Shown in pieces: positions 1-11,709 of a stretch of DNA of 64,000 bases. The stretch covers positions 134,602,001 to 134,666,000 of the forward strand of contig OX597819.1 of assembly GCA_951406725.2 (NCBI GenBank), written 5' to 3'. Source of the stretch: Octopus vulgaris. Lineage: Eukaryota. A model generated the notes under the pieces. The model searched no databases. It had not been told where the DNA came from and was given only the letters and a program-made list of their open reading frames with translations. A program made the position numbers and the translations under genes. Every line of letters starts with the position of its first letter. Position 1 is the stretch's first letter.

Positions 1-1367
1 GGGAGCTCCTCTATGCTGATGACCTGGCTCTCATAGCAGAATCACTACCGGAACTAGAAAAGAAATTTTGGGTGTGGAAGCAAGGTTTAGAATCAAAGGG
101 CCTTAGAGTAAATGTAGCAAAGACCAAAGTTATAGTAAGCAGAAAGGCGAACTCAGCACACCCCCCCTCGGGCAGGTGGCCCTGCTCGATCTATAGGAAA
201 GGTGTAGGTAGAAACTCCATAAGATGCACCCAATGTAAGCTATGGACGCATAAAAGGTGCAGAAACATCAAAGGGAAATTAACTGATAAGATAGCTTTCA
301 TGTGCGATAGATGCACAGGGACAATAAACACCACAGATACTCAGAAAACAGATTCCATCACACTCCAGGGGGAGAAACTAGAAGTAGTTGATAGTTTCCG
401 CTACCTAGGTGACCAAGTTAGTAGTGGAGGTGGATGCTCAGAGAGTGTCACCACTAGAATACGAATAGCCTGGGCAAAGTTTAGAAAGCTCCTACCCCTA
501 CTGGTGACAAAGGGTCTCTCGCTCAGAGTGAAAGGTAGATTGTATGATGCATGTGTGCGAACTGCCATGCTTCACGGCAGTGAAACATGGGCCGTGACTG
601 CAGAGGACATGCGTAGACTTGATAGAAATGAAGCTAACATGATCCGCTGGATGTGTAATGTCAGTGTGCACGCACGACAGAGTGTAAGCACTCTGAGAGA
701 AATGCTGGACATAAGAAGCATCAGATGTGGTGTGCAAGAGAGACGCTTGCGATGGTATGGTCATGTACTGCGGATGGATGAGGAGAGATGTGTGAAGAAG
801 TGCCACTCCCAAACAGTTGAAGGAATCAGGGCTAGAGGTAGACCCAGGAAGACATGGGATGAGGTAGTCAAGCATGACCTCAGAGCATTGGGTCTCACAG
901 AAGCAATGATGAAGGACCGAGATCTCTGGAGATATGCTGTGACTGCAAAGACCCAGGCTGCTTCCTGCACCAGTTCCGCATAGCCCCAGCCCATTCAAAG
1001 TACCTTGGATTCCAGAACATCCCGCTGTGCTTGAGGAGACCTATTGAGTCAAGTACATGAACATCGAAATAAATATCAATGGAAATAGTTGTGATATCTG
1101 TGCCGGTGGCACGTAAAAAGCACCATCCGAACGTGGCTTATGCCAGTGCTGCCTTGACTGGCTTCTGTGCCGGTGGCACGTAAAAAGCCCCCACTACACT
1201 CACGGAGTGGTTGGCGTTAGGAAGTGCATCCAGCTGTAGAAACACTGCCAGATCAGACTGGAGCCTGGTGCAGCCTCCTGGCTTCCCAGACCCCGGTCAA
1301 ACTGTCCAACCCATGCTAGCATGGAAAACGGACGTTAAATGATAATGATGATGATGATGATGATGAT
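1..1367 (+). mobile_element. RTE-clade LINE, 3' portion (end of RT with PHD-like insert, C-terminal domain, 3' UTR, (ATG)n tail)
   Basis: Window opens in ELLYADDLAL. ORF 72-983 carries KTKV, FRYLG, LHGSETW, RLRWYGHVLRM and GRPRKTW, all RTE motifs. The 3' UTR has GTGCCGGTGGCAC hairpins and a GGTTGGCGTTAGGAAG block and ends in gatgatgat. Confidence 0.93.
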
Positions 1368-1734
1368 ATATATATATATATATATATATATAGATATATA
1401 GATATATATGTATATACATAACCCCACGCCTCCAAACATTTGATCATATATTAATATTACGATGGCCTTTCGACATATAAAGAATATATGTATAAACAAC
1501 ACAGAAAGTAAAAAATATATAAAAATGTAGATATATATAGAATGGCCTATGAAGAAGGTATATACAATCACTAAGATTAAAAATCTAAATAAAATAAAAT
1601 ATGAATTAACTAAAATGATTTTATTTACTCCCCTCAAACAAAAAAAAGTAAGTAAAAAAAAAGTTCATTTCATAAAAACCATTTTAGGTTGGAGTTAAGG
1701 AGCGTAAAAGAGTTCCACAAAATCAAGTTAGACA

Positions 1735-1818
1735 CATCAATGGCCATTTCGGGAGTTCATTGCCGCGGTTCGATTACAAGTTAAGGGACATCTCAGCAGT
1801 GACCCCCTCATCAGGATG
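1735..1818 (-). ncRNA. Type I hammerhead ribozyme fold (long loop II, palindromic stem III)
   Basis: Minus strand reads CAUC-CUGAUGA-GGGGGU...ACUCCC-GAAA-UGGCCAU-U-GAUG. Core intact, stem I CAUC/GAUG, 6-bp stem II, stem III palindrome AUGGCCAU, AUU cleavage triplet. Confidence 0.75.
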
Positions 1819-4065
1819 AACAGGGATCTCAACAAATTATTCGTTCAAGGAAGTTCCAATGCCCCATGGCTAATTTAAAGATAATAATCCATCAAAGGAC
1901 CAGTCCAAATTTTCTAACACACACGAGAAAAAAAAAAAAGAAGTTTCATTGCTCGGGTTGCCAGTGGGGTAAGCAACTATGAAAATATCAAGAGTTGGTA
2001 GGATATGTTAGTACGGAATCTAATTGAAACTGTAGATCCAATTCAGATGCTGAGTGTGGCATGAAGTATAAAAAGAGAATGCAAATGGAGTTTAAACTTT
2101 ATGACAACTGTTTCAGTGGAATTTTATTGACATATTCGTAAATTACATCTTGACATATAATACTCGACTTTCAGTTAAAATTGTAAACAGTTAACAAACA
2201 ATTGAGACAATAGATCAATCAGGATGAATCCAGCCAACAAAAGTGGTATTTTGAAAATAACATTCAAATTTATAGAGAAATTAAAAGGAGTGGCATTGAT
2301 GGGCAAACAAGAAGAAAAGAGGTCAAACAACTATATTATTTCAGAAGACTTATCTCATTTAGATTATAAATTAGTTTATTGCTAATAATGACTTGCAGAA
2401 TGTACAAGTAACCCTGGTATGCTGTAGTCATGAGTTGGCTTAAAGATCAGGAAAGCCAAGCAGTAATCTTGATGATTAGATGAGATAAAACAAACGTCAG
2501 GGCAGCAGACTCATCCCACATTTTCCCATGTAGCTATGCAACATGTATTTACACTCACACCCTAGACACACACACACACACACGCATGCGCACGCACACT
2601 CACTCACTCTCTCTCTCTCTCTCTCACACACAAGTGATTACTACAAAACCATTGTGTAACTGAAGCATGTGTAAAGTTGCTATGAATACTCTATTCTCCT
2701 GTTTTGACATCTGTAAAACTTCAAGGTGCACTCAGTAGTGGGGCCTGGTTCAGGAATGGGAAACCACTTCTTAGCCACTAGTGTTCCCAGGTCTACTAAT
2801 CCATTGAATAGTAGCTTCTGTCAGGGTCCCAGCCATGGGTTAATTAGCATGTCATGGACGACACTGAAAGCACAAACCGTCACTGCCTTGTAAGTACCAT
2901 GGGAAAAGAAAAGGCTAAGGGAGTGAACCTTCACAGCTAATCAAGGAGTGAGTCCCCTAGGTGGCCCCAGGTCCTCTTTAACACCCTTCCAGCAGCTTCC
3001 GGTTAGGTGGAGTTCTCCTGCCCTGTTAGGCAATTTGCCTAGGAAAGGCTGCTTTAATGTAAAACCTATGGCTTGCAGACCATCACAGCCATCTTAGCCA
3101 AGTGAGCTACTGTGGTCAGAGCTCCAAGTCTAAAGTGTGGCACGCGATTGTGCATACTGACTCTCACTTGAAAAAGTACCAAGCGCATGCAGAAAGAGAT
3201 CAGTTTACATAGCCATTTGAGGGTGTGCTGTTTCTTCTCATGGTCTCTGGACATGAAAAACTGCCATCAATCATATTATTCTTGGACAATGTCTGGTAAT
3301 AGTGACGCTTGGTGTCAGCTGGTTATTGTGCCTTTCTGCTGCTGCTGCTGATGCTGATGCTGCCATCCATTGATTCTGTATTGTGACAGTCTGCTACTGT
3401 CTGCTGGTTCTGTTTGCTCTCTTCTCAGTGGTGGCTAAAATCTGCTGAATGTATAGTAATGGTCTTGTTCAGAAAAAGTGCACCAAACATGAAATTGTTT
3501 TTAGGCATGGTTCCACATGAACTCTTGAAAGGTCAGTAATTCTTGAAAGGAGGTTTATTCTAAAGTTCAGCTTCAAAGACCCAGTTTGTTCAGTTATCCT
3601 ATTTGTCAGATTTCTCTGAATTCTACTCTGCCAGCATCATTGCAAGACTCAAAGGATTTTCACTTTTGAGTCTTTCTAATAATTATTGGAAAACAGGAAT
3701 TCCTTAATCTTCATTCAAAAGTCATGCAATTTTGAGTTGTTTTTACAAAGACTTTATGACTCTTTAACTAAAAGAATAATAATGAAATGAGAAGTTTTCT
3801 TGCAGGCAGAGATTGCTGCTGCAGTTTATATTACTTCACACTATTAATTGTACAGTTAATGGTGTTAATTCATGCAGTTAAATGACCTCCAGCTTTATAT
3901 TGACATCTGGGATTATTTCCTGAATAATATTCCAATGTTTTTTATATTACACAAATGTAAGATTGTGGTTTAGGCAATAAAAAAAATTAATATAGAAATT
4001 TACATTGAATTTAGCAAATTCTGACCATTTTTGACAATTTTTTTATATATATATCGTTTTTCTAG

Positions 4066-4123
4066 TTTGTTGGATGTCTTATGAATCACGATTATCACAA
4101 TGCCCTTAAGTTATGCCAAATGA
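4066..4123 (+). CDS. ERICH2: Internal coding exon of ERICH2-like (glutamate-rich protein 2) gene: FVGCLMNHDYHNALKLCQM
   Basis: Acceptor ttttctag| and donor A|gtaagt (phase 0 to 1). Peptide matches the recalled ERICH2 conserved block (F...M..DY..A.KLCQMILIYEP.N..A..F..LI.E). Confidence 0.82.
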
Positions 4124-4804
4124 GTAAGTACAAAATGATTGTTTTCTCTTATTTCTTCTTGATGAGTTTTTTTCTTTTGTATTCCTATGAACAATTCCAA
4201 GATTTATCTCAGCAGATTTCTAAAACAGTTTCTAAATTTTTGTTTAGGCAAGTGATTTATTTTAATCATTGATATACAATCGTAGAACTAAATCAACCTT
4301 CTGCATTTGGTAACTTTGAGTTATTCCTTTATTTTTGATTAAAACACAGTATTTTGATGCTTATGAAGAATATTTTGTAGTCGTTAGCAGCTATAAACAT
4401 TTATTACAGAGAACATACGGCAAATGGTTTAGGAATGTCTCAATATTATCGTGTTATCTTCCTACATATCATAACTGTTTCTAGATATGTGAAATTTCCC
4501 AAAGAATCTCATTCCATGGCCATTGCACAGCTTCAAGCCAGCGCTATTGGCAAGCATCATGCCAGGTTATCTTAAAGACTGTTCCTTCTTATAGCATGGA
4601 CTTGTAATATAGAAACTCAACAATATATTGTTTGAATACAGGCTTAATTGTACTCAATATGAAAAGGATGTAAAAAGAGAAGATGATAATCAAATTGAAA
4701 ATTATTGAATTGATTAAAAAAGATGATAATTTTAAACACAAAATAATCTTAGAAAATGATATTCAAAAAGATTTCCTCGTTTCAACTTTTTATTTTCTTA
4801 TCAG

Positions 4805-4876
4805 TTCTTATTTATAACCCAAATCACAATGATGCTCTTCAGTTCGAGCCATTACTAAAAGAAATGACTCAAAAAG
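4805..4876 (+). CDS. ERICH2: Internal coding exon of ERICH2-like gene: (I)LIYNPNHNDALQFEPLLKEMTQK
   Basis: Acceptor ttttcttatcag| and donor G|gtacgt, 72 nt, phase 1-1. Splices in frame with the previous exon to give KLCQMILIYNP. Confidence 0.85.
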
Positions 4877-5142
4877 GTACGTATAATATCAAGTTTCCTT
4901 AACGGTAAATGTTTAGTCTGGCTTTGGTTACAAAGAGAAACAGTTTTTGATTTGGAATCAAACTTGTATTGCACACGTGTCTGGCCAGGATCTTGTTAAT
5001 TCTCTAGAGACCCAACAAGTAAATAAACACATAATTGAATTCCAAAATCATGTCATAATTATACGAAATAACATTTAATACAAAATCAATTGTATACACT
5101 GTTTGTGTGTTTCTTTGACAACAAGAATGAGTTAATTTTCAG

Positions 5143-5333
5143 GAGAAAGTGAGAGCAGCAGTAGCAGCAGTAGCAGCAACAGTGATGATGAAGATGATGA
5201 TGATGAGGAGGAGGAGGAAGATGATGAAGATGATGATGATGAGGAGGAGGAGGAAGATGATGAAGATGATAACTGTGAGAACAGCAATGACAATAAAATA
5301 CAAAAAGGAAGCAAGAATTCAACCAAGACTTGA
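5143..5333 (+). CDS. ERICH2: Terminal coding exon of ERICH2-like gene, Ser then Asp/Glu-rich tail ending KNSTKT*
   Basis: Acceptor aattttcag|, phase 1. Reads GESESSSSSSSSNSDDEDDDDEEEEEDDED...; stop TGA at 5331-5333. An acidic C-terminus is typical of ERICH2. Confidence 0.78.
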
Positions 5334-5383
5334 AGAAATTTATTGAAGAATATTTGCTAATTATTTCATTAGACTGAACATCA

Positions 5384-5389
5384 AATAAA
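5384..5389 (+). promoter_or_regulatory. Candidate polyadenylation signal AATAAA of the ERICH2-like gene
   Basis: AATAAA 50 nt after the stop, followed by T-rich sequence. The motif is common in AT-rich DNA. Confidence 0.35.
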
Positions 5390-6270
5390 CAAATGAAGAG
5401 GGAATTTCTGTTAAAATATTAAACTAAAATTTTTTTTTCTCCCTACCTTTTATGGATGTCTTTATTATTTTTGAAATATTATTTGTTGTTTGTTGTTCCA
5501 ACTCTAATCAAAGAGATTTGTTGCATGCAAGTAATTAAGGCAGGATTCCTCACATCAGTTGTGCCATGCCTGCCACTAATTATGAGTCTTACACTAATTA
5601 TGAATATGCAGTCTTGATTTCTCTTTACTTACCAAGCTATTTTTCTGTAGAGTCTGGCAGTAACCATGGCAGAAGCAGGAAGATAAATGTGAACAGTGTG
5701 CTGTAGTTGCTATGACTTCATGCTTATCATCATCATCTTTTACCATCCATCTTCCATGCTGGCATGGATGGCAAAGTTACATTTAGTTCCACAAGGTATA
5801 TTGATGTAAATTACTTCAATTATTGGAAAACATTTTCAACTTTCTGCCAAAATTTGAGATTCAAAAATATAGTTCACATGTTTTTCATGTTTTTTTTAAC
5901 ATATCTGAAATTATTGTTTTTTAGTTGAGAAGAACAATGTTTCAATATTTATGAAGGCCGTTTCTTAATCGGTTTAGCTTTCTTTAACTCATCAAAACTG
6001 CATTAAGCACAAAGCTGTGTGTGAAAAACCTTCTTTTTTCTGTCAGACATTTTCTCTCTTTACTTGAAGATGCAGTTAATAATCTCTGTAGAATTTCTCA
6101 GTAAATCTTCGTTTCTGTTTCTGGAATGGAACTGAATCAAGTCTTCTGAATGTCCTGTATGAAAGATGTTAGCAAGAGATTCAGTGAAATAAAGAAATGC
6201 GTCAAATAGTCCTCATGTGGAGTAAGGGCATCTACGGCCTTGGCAAGCAGATTGTTTCTTGCTTCACGTC

Positions 6271-6830
6271 TACAAGGTGCATTCCAGAAGTTTTGAGACT
6301 TTTTTGTTTTTAGGACAGGTAAACAGAGTTGTCCTAGATTATTGCAATTTTAGCCTATTATTACTATACATGTAATAAGCCGACCTGCCAGCCTTTGTTA
6401 TTCTAGATTGAAGGCGATGGCGGTAACAACGTTTGGAACATGGCTTACCACAGCTGACTGATGTGCAGAATGCAATCAGGACATGAAGACAATTTGGAAA
6501 TTTGTTCTGCAAAATCACTACAGAAACTTATGAAATGTGCAAGACTGCTTATGAGTCAATTCAAATGAGCCAAGAGTATCTGGTTGAAGGGGTCAGACAA
6601 ATCAAGTCCCCTGGGAAGCTCACAATGACTCTTCTTCAACAGCAAGTGTGTCATCTACAGCCACTGGATTCCCTCCTGACAGTCAGCAAAGAGCACTTTG
6701 TGGAGGTTTTGAGGGAGTTCAGGAAGAGATTTCATGGCAAAGGGCCAGAGCAACTGCACCAGTCCACAATACACCAGCACAATGCTCCAGTCCACAATTC
6801 CATTCCCATAATCAACTTTTTGAGAAAGAA
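6271..6830 (+). mobile_element. Decayed mariner transposon remnant
   Basis: TIR-like start tacaaggtgcattccagaagttttgagact. Peptides TETYEMCKTAY and VEVLREFRKRF..K.P...HQHNAPVHNS (HxDNAP-like). Confidence 0.7.
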
Positions 6831-6834
6831 GTTA

Positions 6835-7960
6835 GTGTTGAGGACACTACATGTCCACTGAATGGCCACAGTAACATAGAGATCATTGTATATGAGGCAG
6901 GGATAACAGCCACAGGACCACATGGGCAACCAAACATGCAAAAGTAACATAGTTGCAGCTGAAGGCTCCATCAGAACCTCATATAACAACCACAAATCCT
7001 CGTTCAACATCTCAGAGGGACCCAATGCCACAACTCAGGCCAAGCACATATAGTCTTTGAAAGAAAGCACCACTGAGAACTGCATAAAGTGGAAGGTTCT
7101 AGAGAAATGTAAAGTGTACTTCAATAGCAGCATAAAGTACAGGTTGTACTTGGTTGAGAAAAGGGCAATTTTAAAGAGCACCCAACAGCCAGGCATATAA
7201 TACCTGAATACAGAAGTGACATTTGTAATTCTTGTCCACATGAAAGGAAGTACATCCTATCGTACCTGCATGCCCCATCATGTCAATAATCACCAGTTAC
7301 CCAACTTTGGCCCTCCACCAACACATAAGAGTCCAGTAAAGGGTTTAACCAGGACATACATTAACGCACTCACAAACAAATACACGTGCCCCAACACAGC
7401 GGATACTATCTAATCGACATTTCCCCACCCCAACCCCCAATATAAGCTCCCACACACATTATACCCCTATACACATTGCATTCACACGTAAAGGCCTCAT
7501 GAATTTAATATAAAAAAAAGAAAACACACTAACAAGCACAGATGTGTATACCGAAACCCCCACTGCAAAGGTTATACATAGAGTACCACTGCACCCATTC
7601 CATTTCCATAAGAACACCAGACTTCAAGACAAACACATTTCCCACAAACTTTTCCAGAAAACTCTTACCAACTTGCAGCATAATCTCTCCCAGTGGCGAT
7701 ATTTTGGTACCAAGGGACATAATTCTTAACTCAGTTCCTCCGATGACTTAGTTTCATCATCTTTTTTGTCAACCACAAATCAGATGTGTCTATTTACCTC
7801 TTACAATACAGAACGGTTGCCATATTTCATTCCATAACAGCTACCTCTGATGAGTGCAGGGTTACATAATCAGACCCTTAGCTAATACTCTGTTGAATCC
7901 CTAGTGTTAAGACAGATTGGTAAGATCGACCATATGGGTATATAATACTGTGCACTTTGA

Positions 7961-7965
<5 letters not shown>
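6835..7965 (+). mobile_element. Penelope-like element 3' part: degenerate GIY-YIG endonuclease plus 3' UTR with 5' half of a hammerhead
   Basis: Reads TCPLNGH..IEIIVYEA...RTSYNNHKSSF...AKHI*SLKE...IKWKVLEKC...YRLYLVEKRAIL...LN.RSDICNSCPHERKYIL. CTGATGA at 7847-7853 with GTGCA/TGCAC stem II. Ends in (TA)n. Confidence 0.8.
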
Positions 7966-7995
<30 letters not shown>

Positions 7996-8087
7996 ATGGA
8001 TTCTCCTGTCATGAACAACAAATGAGAGTTCAGTAAAATAAAACATACACATACACACACATATACATACACACACACACATATATA

Positions 8088-10799
8088 TCTATAGTCTAAT
8101 CAATAAGTATCCAGACGGTTGCCATAGTAACGAAGCTAAAGCATGCAAAGTGAAGCCACTTGGCACAGGCAGAACTTCAACTCTGTTGTGCTTGCACACT
8201 AAGTTTCAACATTCTAGCTCAGTGGTTCCCAAACTTTTTAGAGTCGCGACCCACTATTTATCACACCAGTTTATGACGACCCACTTAACTCTCCTGAGTA
8301 AAAACATTAATGAAATTAACAAATTTATTTCAGATTACATCTTCAGTGAGGCGTGTGAGAAGGATGAGCCTGTCTCTTGCTACGCTCAATAATAGAATTA
8401 ACATCAGGTTCAATGCGTGATAGTTTCAGGTGTAAAGAATTTGAGAGTTGCAGATTATTTCGATTATTTGCTTTTTAATCCCAACCATTGCTGACAATCC
8501 AGCTTCACAAATATAAGATGACCTGAAAGGGAGAAGTACTTTTAATGCTTCGGTGGAAACGATTGGGTACGAGGTTAGAAGAGACGCCCAGAACTGTACC
8601 AATTCTCGGGTGTTAAAAGTCATTTTCAAGGAAGAGTCTTCGGATAAATCGATAAGTTCCTCATCGGCTTTTCTTGATATTCCAGTTGTCACGTCTGGCT
8701 GAAAGGGGTTCATAATCCATCTTTTCTGTTGCATAGTATTCATCTCTTTATGAAAATAAAATTCAAAACTTTCATTTAACCTATTCAAGTGTTCAGATAT
8801 CTCAATGATTATACCATCATCAACTTTTGCTTTATTCTCCATTACAAAAGTTTCAAATGTTTCAAATCAGTCATAATTTCGGTTGTTATTACGATTTTTC
8901 CACAAGACAAGTTTTTTCTTAAAACCTCGAATTTTCTCATGAATTGCAAATATACTGATACCTTCTGTTCCTTGTAAATACAAATCCAGGTCGTTTAATT
9001 TCGAAAAAATATCAGCTAAATACGTAAACCTCAGAACAAATTCTTCATCGCACAAATATTTCGCAAAATCGCTTTTATCTTCTAAAAATATAGCTACTTT
9101 TTCGCGGAGTTCTGCAAGTCTTGTTAACACTTTTCCCTTAGAGAGCCATAATATTTCTGTCTGCAAAAGAAGTGATTTATAGTCGCTTCACATCTCTTCA
9201 CACAACTTCTCAAATAGGCGCGATTGCAAAGGCTTTGACTTAATAAAGTTCACTATTTTGACTGAAGTATTCAAAACATTTTCAAAATTATCAGATATAT
9301 GTTTTGATACTAACGCTGCCCTGTGAAGGTTACAGTCCATGATGCTTTGGGATTAAGTTCAAGTATTCTGGTCACCACACCGCTATTTCTACCGCACATA
9401 GCCCGTGCGCCGTCTGTACGTATTCCGACACATTTTTGCCAATCAAGATTTTTTGCTCTAATATAAGTATCGACTGTATTAAAAATTTCATTGCTGGTAC
9501 TTCGACTGACAGGTTCACAGAACAACATATCTTCATGAGGTACAAAGTTCCATATGTAACGTACAAAAACAAGTAACTGGCACAAACCTTGGGCGTCAGC
9601 AGATTCATCGAGTTGTAAAGAAAAAAAAAGATTTCCACAAATCCGTTCAATAACTTGATTTTCTATCCATTTCATCAATTCTACGCATGACAGTGTTATT
9701 AGAAATAAGAATTGATTCAATTTCTTGTTCACTCTTATCACCAAAGAAAACTTTCACTGTATCTTTTATAGCTGGAAGAACTAAAGTCTCCCCAATTGTG
9801 TGTGGCTTACCAGTTTTTGCGATTCTTAAACTGATCAAGTAAGACACGTACAAAGATTTTTCATTTGCTTTGGTGTAATGTTGCATAACGCTTTGTCTTT
9901 TAACTCTGAGTGCTTAGTCTCAAGATGACGACGCAATTTGTTTGGACGCATGCTCTCGTTTGCAAGTTGTTCATAACAAATGATGCAACGTAGTCATGGA
10001 TCTTCTTTATAACTTTTTGCGACCCTCTAAGATTCCGTTCGCGACTCATAGTTTGGGAACCACTGTTCAAGCTCACTTCCGCAGTTTACAGCTAAACTTG
10101 GAAGTAACATGTATAGGGTGTGTTTGTCGCATTGACCATGACAGAGAAAGTAGAGCAGAGAATCTGCATCAAATTTTGCCAAAAGCTTGGCGATACCTGC
10201 TCAGATGTTGATGCAAAGTTTTATAAAATGTTTACATCATTCTCAGCACAACCAGCTGAAAGTAGTTTTGGCATAAACTTGGCAGACAGCTGTCTCATAC
10301 CCAAATCTTCAATGATAATGGACTGAACTGAACCATAACCAATCTGCACATCCTCTGATAACTCACGGATGGTGATTTGAGGTTTTCCCTTCGCAGCTGC
10401 ACATACATCTGTGATGTTTTCCTCAGTTCTGCTGGTTGCGGGTCTCCTAGAATGTTCGTCACTATCGACATTTTTTCGGCCATCTTGGAAATGTCTGAAC
10501 CACTTGTACACTTGTGTGCGGCTCCTACACTCCTTCCCATATACTTTCTGCAACTTTGTGTAGGCCTCTGAGTAGGTATCGCCATGACAGCTTTCTCTGT
10601 TATGGTCAATGCAATGATCACATGCTACACACCTTACTTCCAAGTACAGCTGTAAACAGCAGAGATGAGTTAGAGTGTTAAAACTTAGTGTGCATGTACA
10701 GCAGAGGCGAAGGTCAATCTTTGGGAAGCAGTTTCACTCTGCATACATTAGCTTTGTTACTATGGCAACAGTCCGGATACTTATTGATCATGCCATGTA
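8088..10799. mobile_element. Fold-back mariner derivative made of two 5' ends, interrupted by a hAT element
   Basis: Left arm 8088-8219 plus 10074-10210 is the reverse complement of about 10560-10799. Plus arm encodes MTEKVEQRICIKFCQKLG. Minus arm encodes the mariner HTH region (VYKWFRHFQDGR...RPATSRT...TIRELSE...LSAKFMPKLLS). Confidence 0.85.
8220..10065 (-). mobile_element. hAT (Buster/Charlie-type) DNA transposon with frameshifted transposase
   Basis: Perfect 16-bp TIR CAGTGGTTCCCAAACT. 8-bp TSD ttctagct (8212-8219) / ttcaagct (10066-10073). Minus-strand pieces: CIICYEQLANESMRPNKLRRHLETKH, KPHTIGE, FSLQLDESAD, TDGARAM, YLADIF, LLPF.SSY.CEAG.SAM. Confidence 0.93.
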
Positions 10800-10931
10800 T
10801 ATACATACATTTGTATATTTGAATATGTGTATGTGTGTGTGTGTATGTATGTGTGCATATGTATGGACGTGTATATATATATATATATTTGTATGTATGT
10901 GTTGTATATATATATATATGTGTGTGTGTGT

Positions 10932-11304
10932 GTGGAGGTGCAATGGCCTAGTGGTTAGGGCAGCGGACTCGCAGTTTCGATTCCCAGACTGGACGTTGTG
11001 GTTGTTTATTGAGCGAAAACACCTGAAGCTCCACGAGACTCAGGCAGTGGGGGGGGAGGGGCGAACCCTGCTGTACTCTTTCACCACAACTTTCTCTCAC
11101 TCTTTCTTCTTGTTTCTGTTGTACCTGTATTTCAAAGGGCCAGCCTTGTCACACTCTGTGTCATGCTGAATCTCCCTGAGAACTATTTTAAGGGTACACG
11201 TGTCTGTGGAGTACTCAGCCACATGCACGTTAATTTCATGACCAGGCTGTTCCGTTGATCAGATCAACTGGAACCCTTGTAGTCGTAACCAATGATGTGC
11301 CACA
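10932..11304 (+). mobile_element. tRNA-derived SINE (family A)
   Basis: A-box-like tggcctagtgg and B-box-like gtttcgattcc. Partial second copy at 51098-51285. Flanked by microsatellites. Confidence 0.75.
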
Positions 11305-11322
11305 ATATATATATGTGTGTGT

Positions 11323-11666
11323 GAAGGTGCATGGCTCAGTGGTTAGAGCGTCGAGCTTACAATCATGAGGTTGTGAGCTCAAATCCCGGACCGGGGTGTG
11401 TGTTGTGTTCTTGAGCAAGACACTTTATTTCACATTGCTCCAGTTCACTCAGCTGTAGAAATGAGTTGCGACGTCACTGGTGCCAAGCTGTATCGGCCCC
11501 TTTGCCTTTCCCTTGGATAACACTGGTGGCATGGAGAGGGGAGGCTGGTATGCATGGGTGACTGCTGGTCTTCAATAAACAACCTTTCCCGGACTTGTGC
11601 CTGGGAGGGTAACTTTCTAGGTGCAATCTCATGGTCTGTGTCGTGACTGAAGGGGGGGGGGTCTCA
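11323..11666 (+). mobile_element. tRNA-derived SINE (family B)
   Basis: tggctcagtggttagagc A box, degenerate B box gagctcaaatccc, central cttgagcaagacact motif. Confidence 0.75.
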
Positions 11667-11709
11667 TATATATATATATGTATATATATACATACACACA
11701 CAAATCTTC

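Noticed and set aside
6076-6154. Possible minus-strand terminal exon (TFRRLDSVPFQKQKRRFTEKFYRDY*) after tttcatacag
   Set aside because: Plausible acceptor but no recognisable protein and no partner exons found.
10932-11400. tRNA genes
   Set aside because: Only SINE heads with A/B boxes; no complete cloverleaf, and each is followed by a SINE body.
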